Of a DNA stretch of 60,680 bases, positions 29,045 through 37,882 are shown one piece after another. The stretch is from Thermoplasmata archaeon (lineage in GTDB: Archaea; Thermoplasmatota; Thermoplasmata; Lutacidiplasmatales; UBA184): the NCBI GenBank assembly GCA_028864975.1, contig JAGWLG010000020.1, forward strand, positions 1-60,680, written 5' to 3'. Each line of letters begins with the position of its first letter. Positions within the stretch are counted from its first letter, which is position 1. The notes below the pieces were generated by a model, which was given only the letters and a program-made list of their open reading frames with translations, was not told the DNA's origin and did no database searches. A program made the position numbers and the translations under genes.

Positions 29045-30394
29045 TCAGCGCCCGAGGATCTGTTGCACCTTCGTCAGCGCCTCGACCAGACGGGTCGTGT
29101 CCTCCCGGTCGTTGTAGAGATAGTAGCTCGCCCGGGTCAGCGCTGGAACCCCGTAGCGCTTCATCACCAACTGAGCGCAGTGATGGCCGGCACGGACCGC
29201 CACCCCCTCGGCGTCGAGCAGGGTCGCGATATCGTGGGGGTGGATCCCCTTCAGCGAGAAGGAGAGGACCGCTTCTCGGTCGCGCCCCACGGGGGGGCCG
29301 TAGATCGTGAGGGCCTCGCCCAGGGCCGCCTTCAGCCGCTTCTCCGCGTCGAGCAAGAGCTCGTGCTCGAAGGACCGAAGCTCGTCCCACCCCACCCGAG
29401 ATAGGTAGTCGAGCGCGCGTGAGAGCACGACGGCGCCCGCCACGTTCGGGGTCCCGGCCTCGAACTTGAGGGGGGGGTCCTTGTAGGTGATGTCCGCCTT
29501 GTCCACCTCCCGGATCATCTCGCCTCCTCCCATGTAGGGCGGGAGCTTCCGAAGGACCTCCTTCTTCCCCCAGAGGACACCGATGCCCGTCGGTCCCAGG
29601 ACCTTGTGGCCAGAGAACGCCAGCAGGTCGACCCCCATCTCCTGGACGTCGATCGGGAGATGCGGGGCTCCCTGCGCCGCGTCGAGGAGCACGAGCGCAC
29701 CCGCATCGTGCGCGCGCTCGGTGAGCTCGCGGACGGGGTTCACGGTCCCCAGGACGTTCGAAACGTGGGTGAAGGTGAAGAGCTTCGTTCCGCGCGCGAG
29801 GAGGCGGTCGAGGTCCTCCCCGCGGAGCCGACCGTCGTCGGTCAGGCCCACGAAGTCGAGCTGGACCCCCGGGTGTTGGCGCAGGAGGTGCCAAGGGACG
29901 ATGTTCGAGTGATGCTCCATCTCCGTCGACACGACCCGATCGCCTCGAGCGAGGCCGCCGCGGGCAAGGGCGCCTGCGACCAGGTTGATCGCCTCGGTCG
30001 TTCCTCGGAGGAAGACCACCTCCTCGGGGTCCTTCGCGTGGAGGAACTGCGCGACCCTCGCCCGGGCCTTCTCGTAGGCCTCGGTCGCCTCTTCCGATAG
30101 CGCGTAGACCCCGCGATGGACGTTCGCGTTGAGCGTCTCGTAGAACTCCCGCTCCGCGTCGATGACCGAGCGGGGCTTCTGACTGGTGGCGGCCGAGTCC
30201 AAGTAGGTCAGCGGGCGCCCGTGGAACGACCGCTCGAGGATCGGGAAGTCCTTTCGGCACCCGTGGAGACCCCGTTCGCTCAGTTCGGGTCGGCGGGGGA
30301 CGGTCCTTGCCTCCGAGGGGGAAGCTCGCGCACGCGGGCTTCGTGGCGCTGGCCTCCCGGAGGCAGGAGCCGTGGCCGCCGCCGCACGGACCAT
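29045..30394 (-). CDS. sufS: Cysteine desulfurase, SufS family
   Basis: YLDSAATSQKP, ANVHRG, EHHSNIVPW, FSGHK (PLP Lys), FEAGTPN, RAGHHCAQ (catalytic Cys). Confidence 0.96.
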   Translation of the reverse strand: MVRAAAATAPASGRPAPRSPRARASPSEARTVPRRPELSERGLHGCRKDFPILERSFHGRPLTYLDSAATSQKPRSVIDAEREFYETLNANVHRGVYALSEEATEAYEKARARVAQFLHAKDPEEVVFLRGTTEAINLVAGALARGGLARGDRVVSTEMEHHSNIVPWHLLRQHPGVQLDFVGLTDDGRLRGEDLDRLLARGTKLFTFTHVSNVLGTVNPVRELTERAHDAGALVLLDAAQGAPHLPIDVQEMGVDLLAFSGHKVLGPTGIGVLWGKKEVLRKLPPYMGGGEMIREVDKADITYKDPPLKFEAGTPNVAGAVVLSRALDYLSRVGWDELRSFEHELLLDAEKRLKAALGEALTIYGPPVGRDREAVLSFSLKGIHPHDIATLLDAEGVAVRAGHHCAQLVMKRYGVPALTRASYYLYNDREDTTRLVEALTKVQQILGR

Positions 30395-30404
30395 GCGTGC
30401 CCCC

Positions 30405-31190
30405 TCACGCCTTTGTGGGTTGCGCGGCGGCCTGTCCGACCTTGACCCAGTCGTAGCCCTTCGCCTCGAGCTGCTCGGCGAGCTCTCGGCCCCCGGACAA
30501 CGCGACGACGCCGTCCACCATGACGTAGACGCGGTCCGGCCGCGCGTACTTCAGGATGCGCTGGTAATGCGTGATGACCAGGATCCCCCGGTCGGGTCCG
30601 CGAAGCTTGTCCACCGTCTCCCCCACCTGCTTCACGGCGTCGATGTCGAGCCCACTGTCCGGCTCGTCGAGGATCGCGAACCGGGGGTCGAGCGTCGCCA
30701 TCTGGAGCACCTCGGTGCGTTTCTTCTCCCCGCCGGAGAACCCCTCGTTCAGCGGGCGCTTGACGAAGGAGGCGTCGAGACCGAGCAAGGCGAGGTTGCG
30801 GTCCAGCTGCGCTTGGAACTGGTCCGTGTCCACTTCCTCCGCCTTGCGGGTCTGGGTGAACGAGGTCCACAGGAACTTCGAGAGCGTCACTCCCGAGACC
30901 TCGACGGGGTACTGGAAACCCAGGAAGAGCCCGGCCCGAGCGCGCTTATCGGGCGAGAGCTTGAGCAGGTCGATGTCGTCGAGGTGCGCTTCCCCCGCGG
31001 TGATGGTGTACTTCGGGTGGCCCGCGAGCGCGTAGGCGAGCGTGCTCTTCCCGGACCCGTTGGGGCCCATCAGCGCGACGAGCTCGCCGGTCCGGAGCGT
31101 CAGGTTGACCCCCTTGAGGATCTCCTTGCCTCCGACCGTCGTGTGGAGGTTCTTCACGGTGAGCACATGGCCGGGTGCGGTCGCTGCCAT
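30405..31190 (-). CDS. sufC: Fe-S cluster assembly ATPase SufC
   Basis: GPNGSGKST, FLGFQYP.E..GV, NEGFSGGEKKR, LDEPDSGLDIDA, ITHY. Start set at ATG 31190. Confidence 0.96.
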   Translation of the reverse strand: MAATAPGHVLTVKNLHTTVGGKEILKGVNLTLRTGELVALMGPNGSGKSTLAYALAGHPKYTITAGEAHLDDIDLLKLSPDKRARAGLFLGFQYPVEVSGVTLSKFLWTSFTQTRKAEEVDTDQFQAQLDRNLALLGLDASFVKRPLNEGFSGGEKKRTEVLQMATLDPRFAILDEPDSGLDIDAVKQVGETVDKLRGPDRGILVITHYQRILKYARPDRVYVMVDGVVALSGGRELAEQLEAKGYDWVKVGQAAAQPTKA

Positions 31191-31317
31191 TGTCCCGGTC
31201 GACGCAGCCCACCTCGTATATAAGTGCCAATCGGTGCCTAAATCCCGTCGTTCCATATACCTGGGGAGCATCCACCCCTACGCGGGAGGCGCTCCGGACC
31301 GAGAGCTCTGAGCCACG

Positions 31318-31989
31318 ATGGGCGCGGCCGAGATGCTCCTGGGCGAGGGCACCAAGTCGAAGATCCTGGACGAGCTCAACGAGGGACCTCGAACGGCCCG
31401 GGAGCTCGCGAAGAAGCTGGGGATCCAGGAGAGCGCGGTGCGTATGCACCTGGAGCGGCTCTCGGAGCGCGGCATCGTCTCGCCGCACTTCAGCCGGGAG
31501 GGGGTGGGAAGGCCTCGGAAGCGCTACGGGCTCACCTCCGAAGGCTTCGAGCTCTTTCCGCGGCGCTACGAGCTCATGGTGGACTCCGTCATCCAGGCGG
31601 TCCTCGAGAAGGAAGGAGAACCGTACCTCGCGGCGCTCTTCGTGCGCGCCGCTGACCGCTTCGCGGAGCGGCTGGTCGAGGACTTCCCGCAGCTCCGGAC
31701 CCCGCCTTCCGACCCCGAACGAAGGCTTCGCCTCGTCGCCCGCGTGCTCGATTCGATTGGTCAAAAGGCCGAGGTCGTGCGCGACGCGAAGGGTCCACGC
31801 CTCGTCCGAAGGAACTGCATCTTTCGCGGAAGCGCGCTCGCCCACTCGAACCTCATCTGCGAGGTGTTCGACCGTCGGCTGTTGCAGAAGTTGCTCGGTG
31901 GGGGTTCGGTCGACCTGCTCAGCTCGGTGCCGCGGGGCGCGGCCGCGTGCAGTCATCTGATCCAGCTCACCTCGGCGGCTGCCGAGTGA
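31318..31989 (+). CDS. SufR-like HTH transcriptional regulator with C-terminal Cys cluster
   Basis: N-terminal wHTH (ELAKKLGI..SAVRMHL..L, GRP.KRY.LT), FP.RY motif and C-terminal C-x13-C...C. Divergent from sufC. Confidence 0.85.
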   Translation: MGAAEMLLGEGTKSKILDELNEGPRTARELAKKLGIQESAVRMHLERLSERGIVSPHFSREGVGRPRKRYGLTSEGFELFPRRYELMVDSVIQAVLEKEGEPYLAALFVRAADRFAERLVEDFPQLRTPPSDPERRLRLVARVLDSIGQKAEVVRDAKGPRLVRRNCIFRGSALAHSNLICEVFDRRLLQKLLGGGSVDLLSSVPRGAAACSHLIQLTSAAAE

Positions 31990-32047
31990 GCGGCGAGGTC
32001 CCCGCGGACCCGGGGGACCCAGCCCGCGCAAGGTCGGGACCACATCC

Positions 32048-33076
32048 ATGAACGAAGGAGTCGCCACCGAACCCACGAGCCGCCCAGGTCGGACGGCCGG
32101 AGGGCCCGAGAGCTCCTCGCTGAGCCCCACCTTTGGGCAGCCGCACGGGAACATCGCCTCCCGGATCGGGAACACCCCGCTGCTCCGTCTTCGCCGAGTG
32201 GCTGCCGCCCTCCCCAAGGGGGTTGAGCTGTGGGCGAAGGCGGAGTTCCTCAATCCGGGAGGTTCGGTCAAGGACCGCACGGCGCTCTCGATCGTCGAGA
32301 GCGGGATCGCCGAAGGGAAGTTCGGGCGGGGGAAGGTCCTTCTGGACGCATCCTCGGGGAACACCGGGATCGCCTACGCCTTCCTGGGGGCGATGTGGGG
32401 ATTTCCCGTCGAGATCGTGCTCCCTCGCAACGCCAGCGTCGAACGGCTGCGGAGGCTCCAGGCCTACGGTGCCCGGCTCACGTTCTCGGACCGGGTCGAG
32501 GGGACCGATGGCGCACAGCGCTTGGCCAAGGAACTCGCGGCGAGCCACCCTTCCCTCTACTGGTACCCCGACCAGTACAACCATCCCGCCAATCCGCTCG
32601 CCCACTACCGCACCACGGGACCGGAGATCTGGCGGGATTCGTGCGGCCTCGTGACCCACTTCGTGGCCGGGATCGGCACGGGAGGCACCATTACGGGCGT
32701 CGGCCGCTTCCTGAAGGAGCGCTCGCCCCATCTCCAGGTCGCGGGCGTGGAGCCCGCGACCGCTCTGCATGGGATCGAGGGGTTGAAGCACCTCGCGACC
32801 GCCCTCCGTCCGGGGGTCTTCGACGAGCGGGGGGTGGACACCCGTCTCAGTGTCGAGACCGAGGATGCCCAGGTCATGACCCGGAGGCTCGCCCGGGAGG
32901 AAGGGCTCTTCGTCGGGACCTCCTCGGGGGCTGCGGTCCACGCGGCGATCGAGTACGGACGAAAGCTCGAGCGAGGTGTCGTGGTCACCATCCTGCCCGA
33001 CGGCGGCGACCGTTACACGCGAGAGAAGTACTGGGAGGAAGGGTCGGAGGGCCGTGAGCGCGGCAGCGTCCCATGA
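32048..33076 (+). CDS. PLP-dependent cysteine synthase family protein (CysM-like)
   Basis: IGNTPL, K.EFLNPGGSVKDR (PLP Lys), SSGNTG, QYN..ANP..HY.TTG.EI, GIGTGGT, G.SSGA, PDGGDRY. Confidence 0.92.
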   Translation: MNEGVATEPTSRPGRTAGGPESSSLSPTFGQPHGNIASRIGNTPLLRLRRVAAALPKGVELWAKAEFLNPGGSVKDRTALSIVESGIAEGKFGRGKVLLDASSGNTGIAYAFLGAMWGFPVEIVLPRNASVERLRRLQAYGARLTFSDRVEGTDGAQRLAKELAASHPSLYWYPDQYNHPANPLAHYRTTGPEIWRDSCGLVTHFVAGIGTGGTITGVGRFLKERSPHLQVAGVEPATALHGIEGLKHLATALRPGVFDERGVDTRLSVETEDAQVMTRRLAREEGLFVGTSSGAAVHAAIEYGRKLERGVVVTILPDGGDRYTREKYWEEGSEGRERGSVP

Positions 33077-33540
33077 GCGCCGGGGTCGCACCCGCCTTCG
33101 ACGAGGTCGAGCTTAGCGCCGCCGATGACGACAAGGTCCGCTCTCACGGCCGGTCGACATACCCCGAGGAGGCCTGCGGAATGCTGGTGGGCCCCGCCCC
33201 TGCTCCAGGAGAGCGGGTTCGGCGCATCGTCGAGGTGCGTTCGGCACCCAACCGCCGGGGCGAGGACCGGGAGCACCGCTTCCTCATCCCCGCCGAGGAG
33301 CTTCGGTCGGTCGAGCGGTCGATCTCGGGAACAGGTCTCGAGGTCGTGGGGTTCTACCACTCGCACCCTGACCACCCTCCGGAACCGAGCCCTTTCGACC
33401 GGGACCACGCCTGGCCCTGGTACGCCTATCTCGTCCTCCGGGTGGTGGAAGGGGGCGCGCAGGAGCTGAACGCGTTCGAGCTCGACCCGGAACGCCGGGT
33501 TTTTCAACCCCGACGGCTGAGGGTCGTGCCGGTAACGTGA
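33073..33540 (+). CDS. JAMM/MPN+ metalloprotease (M67, Mec-like)
   Basis: YPEEACG and complete HSHPDHPPEPSPFD (HxHx7Sx2D). ATGA overlap with cysteine synthase. Confidence 0.93.
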   Translation: MSAGVAPAFDEVELSAADDDKVRSHGRSTYPEEACGMLVGPAPAPGERVRRIVEVRSAPNRRGEDREHRFLIPAEELRSVERSISGTGLEVVGFYHSHPDHPPEPSPFDRDHAWPWYAYLVLRVVEGGAQELNAFELDPERRVFQPRRLRVVPVT

Positions 33541-33589
33541 GTAACCGGAGCGAGCGGAAGGGTCCACGCCAGAGGAGAGAGAAGACAGC

Positions 33590-35077
33590 ATGAGCGTCGA
33601 AGTTCGGGTACCCACGGCGTTGCGCAATCTGACCGGTGGGTCCGCGACCCTCACCTCCGAGGGGCACACCGTCGGGGCCGTGCTCGAGGAGCTAGCGAGC
33701 ACGCACGCGGGTCTCAAGAGGCACCTGTTCACCGAGGACGGGAAGGTCCGCAACTTCGTCTCGATCTACCTCAACGACGAGGACGTTCGTTACCTCCAGC
33801 GCGAGGCCACGCCGGTCCGCGCCGGCGACGTGCTCTCGATCGTGCCGTCGATCGCGGGAGGGACCCCCGGTGCGGTCGCCTATCCTTCGCTATCTCGTCT
33901 CCGCGGGACCTCGGGCACCGGCGGTGCACCGACCCCGCCCCGCGCGCTCACGCCCGAGCAGATGAAGCGCTACAGCCGGCACTTGATCCTCCCGGAAGTG
34001 GGGCTCTCGGGGCAACGGAAGCTCCTCGACTCGAAGGTCCTCATTGTGGGAGCCGGGGGGCTCGGGAGCCCGCTCGCCCTCTATCTGGCCGCGGCGGGCG
34101 TGGGCACGCTCGGCATGGTCGACTTCGATGTCGTCGACGCCTCCAACCTCCAGCGACAGGTCCTCTATGGGACGAAGGACATCGGCACCGCGAAGCTCGA
34201 GGCCGCGAAGCGACGGCTTCAGGACCTCAACCCGGACGTGAAGGTCGCGCCTCACGAGGTGCGACTTTCGAGCGAGAACGCCCTCGACCTGGTCTCGCGC
34301 TACGACGTCGTGGTCGACGGGACCGACAACTTTCCGACCCGCTACCTGGTGAACGACGCGTCGGTCCTGCTCAAGAAGCCGAACGTCTACGGGTCCATCT
34401 ACCGGTTCGAGGGGCAGGTCTCCGTCTTCGATGCTCGGAAAGGGCCTTGCTATCGCTGCCTCTACCAGGAACCCCCTCCTCCCGGCCTGGTCCCTTCGTG
34501 TGCGGAGGGAGGCGTGCTCGGGGTCCTTCCGGGGATTGTCGGGAGCCTTCAGGCGGTGGAGACGCTCAAGGTGCTGCTCGGGAAGGGCGACACGCTCGTG
34601 GGCCGTCTCCTGCTCTTTGACGCCATGGGGTTGCGGTTCCGCGAGCTCAAGGTCCGCAAGAACCCCGACTGCGCCCTCTGTGGCCCGAACGCCACGCAGA
34701 AGGGGCTCATCGACTACGAGCAGTTCTGCGGGATCGGGAAGGAGACGGAGGAGGTCACCGGGCACGAGATCGACCCGGAGGAGCTGAAGACGAAGCTCGA
34801 CCATGGCGAAGCGCTCATCCTTGTGGACGTGCGGGAGCCTGGCGAGTTCGAGATCGCGCACCTCCAAGGCGCGAAGCTCATCCCGCGGGCGTCGCTCCCG
34901 GAACGGCTTGGGGAGCTCTCCACCGCGGACGACCTTGTCGTCTACTGCAAGATGGGGGGCCGCAGCGCGCAAGCGACGAAGTTCCTTCTGGAGATGGGCT
35001 TCCAGAAAGTGCGCAATCTCAAGGGTGGGATCGACGCGTGGTCGGAGCGGATCGACCCTTCCCTTCCACGGTACTGA
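33590..35077 (+). CDS. Fusion: MoaD/ThiS-like ubiquitin-fold carrier + MoeB/E1 adenylyltransferase + rhodanese
   Basis: aa 1-91 ubiquitin fold ending VPSIAGG; E1 motifs RYSRH, GAGGLG, DFD.VD.SNLQRQ, CYRC, CAEGGV, CALC; rhodanese LVDVRE..E and VYCKMGGRS. Confidence 0.93.
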   Translation: MSVEVRVPTALRNLTGGSATLTSEGHTVGAVLEELASTHAGLKRHLFTEDGKVRNFVSIYLNDEDVRYLQREATPVRAGDVLSIVPSIAGGTPGAVAYPSLSRLRGTSGTGGAPTPPRALTPEQMKRYSRHLILPEVGLSGQRKLLDSKVLIVGAGGLGSPLALYLAAAGVGTLGMVDFDVVDASNLQRQVLYGTKDIGTAKLEAAKRRLQDLNPDVKVAPHEVRLSSENALDLVSRYDVVVDGTDNFPTRYLVNDASVLLKKPNVYGSIYRFEGQVSVFDARKGPCYRCLYQEPPPPGLVPSCAEGGVLGVLPGIVGSLQAVETLKVLLGKGDTLVGRLLLFDAMGLRFRELKVRKNPDCALCGPNATQKGLIDYEQFCGIGKETEEVTGHEIDPEELKTKLDHGEALILVDVREPGEFEIAHLQGAKLIPRASLPERLGELSTADDLVVYCKMGGRSAQATKFLLEMGFQKVRNLKGGIDAWSERIDPSLPRY

Positions 35078-35083
35078 GCGCAG

Positions 35084-35145
35084 GAAGGGCCAGTGCCCTT
35101 CGATAACCTCCGGGTTCGTCACCGGCGGTGAACGACCGGGTTATC
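35084..35145 (+). terminator. Two tandem stem-loops after the E1 fusion gene
   Basis: GAAGGGC-cagt-GCCCTTC (35084-35101) and an imperfect hairpin bounded by GATAACC (35102-35108) and GGTTATC (35139-35145). Confidence 0.35.
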
Positions 35146-35209
35146 CACCTCTTCGCCGTGAATGGGAGGACCGCCCTGGACCTCTTAGGTTGGGCGGTAA
35201 GGGTTCCTC

Positions 35210-35839
35210 ATGTCCGAGATAGGTTCGTCCCCACCGGGTTCACCTCTCTCGGCGGGACCCGCCCCGCCGCTCCGTCCGCCGCCATCCCAAGGTCGCAGGA
35301 AGAAGTTGGGGATCGTCGTAGGTGTCGTGGTGGTGATCGCCTCTGTCGGTCTCGCGGGCGCCTGGTACATGGGTCTTTTTGCAGGGTCCGGGACCGTCGC
35401 GATGTACATCCACGACGCGCCCTGCGTCTGCACTCACGTCTACGTCACCTTCACCCAGGTCCAAGTGCACAAGGCCAACGGGACCATGATGGGCAGCGGC
35501 GGATGGTTCGTGATCAGTAGCTCGGCCCAGACCTGGGACCTGCTCCGGTTGAACGGGAGCGCTTTGGAAACGCTCCTTGCGTCCGCGAACGTCCCTGCGG
35601 GCCACTACACCATGGTCCAGCTGACCGTGCAGAACGTGACCGTCGACACGGTCGCGGGGGCCTCGATCGTGGCGGAGGTTCCGAACTCCTCGGTCCACAT
35701 CGAGGGGCCCTTCGACATCACCGCGGGGTCGACCACGACGCTCACGCTCGACGTGAACCTGGGCACGAGCCTGCACGTCAACGCGAACGGGACCGCGGTG
35801 TTCACCCCGAACATCGCATTGGTCGTGGGCAGTCGGTAG
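35210..35839 (+). CDS. DUF4382-like membrane-anchored protein
   Basis: N-terminal TM helix, then 'VAMYIHDAP....HVYVTF..VQVH...W......DLL.L...L.S.NVPAG.YT.V.L'. Confidence 0.75.
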   Translation: MSEIGSSPPGSPLSAGPAPPLRPPPSQGRRKKLGIVVGVVVVIASVGLAGAWYMGLFAGSGTVAMYIHDAPCVCTHVYVTFTQVQVHKANGTMMGSGGWFVISSSAQTWDLLRLNGSALETLLASANVPAGHYTMVQLTVQNVTVDTVAGASIVAEVPNSSVHIEGPFDITAGSTTTLTLDVNLGTSLHVNANGTAVFTPNIALVVGSR

Positions 35840-35971
35840 ACCGCCGTTTTCGCTACCCGCGCCACGCCGGGAGGGGGGATCGCGACCCCGTCGTGCCCCT
35901 CTCGAGCTTCCGGGGACGGGAACCCGTTCTTTTCCAAGCGTTTAAGTCCCTTCGGACCGTAGCACGCCCAG

Positions 35972-37882
35972 ATGAGGACGGGGAAAACGCGCCCCCGGGG
36001 GAGGGCGCGCATCGTCCCGCTCGGGCTCACCGGCCTCCTTCTCATCGTCCTGCTCGCCCCCTTCTCCCTCGCGACGGCCCTCCCGTTCCGACCCTCAGCG
36101 ACAGGACATCCCGCCATCGTCGACCAGAACTCCGGTGGAGCCCAGCTGCCCTGTACCGCCGCCTCGAACGTCTCGGGGTTTGCCTACTGCATCCGGGCGA
36201 TCAACGGCGCCGGCGGGCCTGCGAACCAAACCGTCACGGCGGACAACTCCACGGCCGCCTCGGCCATGGTTCTGTCCCTGGCCTCGACCCCGAAGCTGGA
36301 GTTCATGTGGTATTGCGGAGCCCCGACGTGGACGCACGTATCCCAGGTCCTGTTCACCATGAGCATCCTGGGGGCCGAGGTCATCCACGACCCGGTGTCG
36401 ATCTACGGACCTCCGTCCAACAACTACTCGGTGTGCTATTCCGGTCTGCCGCTCACGAACCGAACGCAGATCCAGCCCCTGCAGACCTTGGAGACCTGGT
36501 CGTGGGCCCTCTCCGGCGTCTTCCTGGGATCGGTCTCCTTCTACGACGACCACGGACAGCTTCTGGGCAACGCGACGACGTTCTACGTGAAGGTCCTCCC
36601 TGTCTACCCGCCGTTCACGGTCTTCACGATCCCGTTGATGCTCGTCGCGGTCTACGAGCTCTACCAGACCGTACGCGACCTGAGAGACCTGCAGCGTGCG
36701 AGGCCGAAGGGTCTCCGGAAGCAGGCCGCCCCTGCGGCCGCCCCGTCCACCGCTCGGGCGGCTCCCGCACCCACTGCACCCGCTCCAGTAGCAGCCCCTG
36801 TCGCGGCTCCGCCAGTGCCTCGACCCGTGCCAGCCACCCCAGCCCCGACGCCGGCCCCCTCCTGGTCCCCCCCGCCTGCCGCCGTGGCACCCGCGGTCGC
36901 CGCTCCTGCGACGGCCCCTGCGCCCGCGGTGTTCCAGACCCCGACCTCAGCGTCCCCGCCCCCGAGCCCTCCGATGACCTACGCGCCCGCGGCCTCACCC
37001 ACGCCGTCGGCGGCTTCCCCCCCTGCGGCGCGCCCCGCGGCTGGGTCGACCCCGCCCCCAACACCTACCCCAACACCTACCCCGACACCCTACTACCCGC
37101 CCACCCCGATCTCTTCTCCTCCGGTCGCGACACCGGCGGTCCCACCCGTTACTCCCCCGACGGTTCCTTCCACGCCCCCGGTAGCTGTCGCACCCCGGCC
37201 GACGACCGCCGAGCCCCGAACCTATCCCTCGACTCCTCCTACACCGGCGATATCTGGCGCTCCCCCGCCGACCCCGGTATGGGGGACCCCCTCGCCCCCC
37301 GCGGCCCCGCCGATGGCACCCCCGGTCGCTCCGATCCCCTCTTCAGGTTCTCCGTACGCGGCGCCCTCGCCGGCCACTCCACCCGCCTATGCCCCGCCAG
37401 GTCCCCCTCCGGCAGCGCCCCCTAGCTACGCTCCTCCTCAAGCTGCGCCACCCCCCGTTGCGACCCCGCCCTCGCCGCCCAGCGCTCCTCCGCCGACGTT
37501 TGCTCCTGCCCCTGCGGCGCCCAAGCCCTCGAAGTGGTGGAAGCGGGGAGCCACGCCACCTCCGGCGGCGCCCCCGGCGCAGGTTCCACCACCTGCCGCT
37601 CCACCTCCGGTCTCGGCCCCACCGCCCTCCACCCCTCCCCCGGCTATCCCTCCATCGCCGCAGACTTCTCCCGCGCCGTTCCCCCCGCAGCCCAGCCCGC
37701 CACCCGTGAGCGGCTCGCCTCCTGCGCCTCCCGCCCCGCCGTTTGGCGGAGGGGCCTGGGGATACTTGCCTGCCCTTCCCGCGACGCCACCTGGGTCACC
37801 CCCACCTCCTCTTCCCGGGGCCCCCCCGACCCCGGATCCTAAAGCGAAGCGGCCCACGGACGGTCCTGGAGGCCAGAGCTGA
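35972..37882 (+). CDS. Single-pass membrane protein with very long Pro/Ala/Thr-rich C-terminal tail
   Basis: Signal peptide, ~190-aa Cys-containing ectodomain, TM helix (PFTVFTIPLMLVAVY), then ~370 aa of low-complexity proline-rich sequence. Confidence 0.75.
   Translation: MRTGKTRPRGRARIVPLGLTGLLLIVLLAPFSLATALPFRPSATGHPAIVDQNSGGAQLPCTAASNVSGFAYCIRAINGAGGPANQTVTADNSTAASAMVLSLASTPKLEFMWYCGAPTWTHVSQVLFTMSILGAEVIHDPVSIYGPPSNNYSVCYSGLPLTNRTQIQPLQTLETWSWALSGVFLGSVSFYDDHGQLLGNATTFYVKVLPVYPPFTVFTIPLMLVAVYELYQTVRDLRDLQRARPKGLRKQAAPAAAPSTARAAPAPTAPAPVAAPVAAPPVPRPVPATPAPTPAPSWSPPPAAVAPAVAAPATAPAPAVFQTPTSASPPPSPPMTYAPAASPTPSAASPPAARPAAGSTPPPTPTPTPTPTPYYPPTPISSPPVATPAVPPVTPPTVPSTPPVAVAPRPTTAEPRTYPSTPPTPAISGAPPPTPVWGTPSPPAAPPMAPPVAPIPSSGSPYAAPSPATPPAYAPPGPPPAAPPSYAPPQAAPPPVATPPSPPSAPPPTFAPAPAAPKPSKWWKRGATPPPAAPPAQVPPPAAPPPVSAPPPSTPPPAIPPSPQTSPAPFPPQPSPPPVSGSPPAPPAPPFGGGAWGYLPALPATPPGSPPPPLPGAPPTPDPKAKRPTDGPGGQS

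Noticed and set aside
28944-30260. Apparent 910-aa SufB with a 440-aa N-terminal extension
   Set aside because: The extension overlaps sufS in another frame. SufB has its own RBS and ATG at 28943.
36770-37440. PTAP and PPxY 'late domain' motifs in the proline-rich tail
   Set aside because: These are expected by chance in Pro/Ala/Thr-rich sequence, and no UEV or WW partner is visible in the window.
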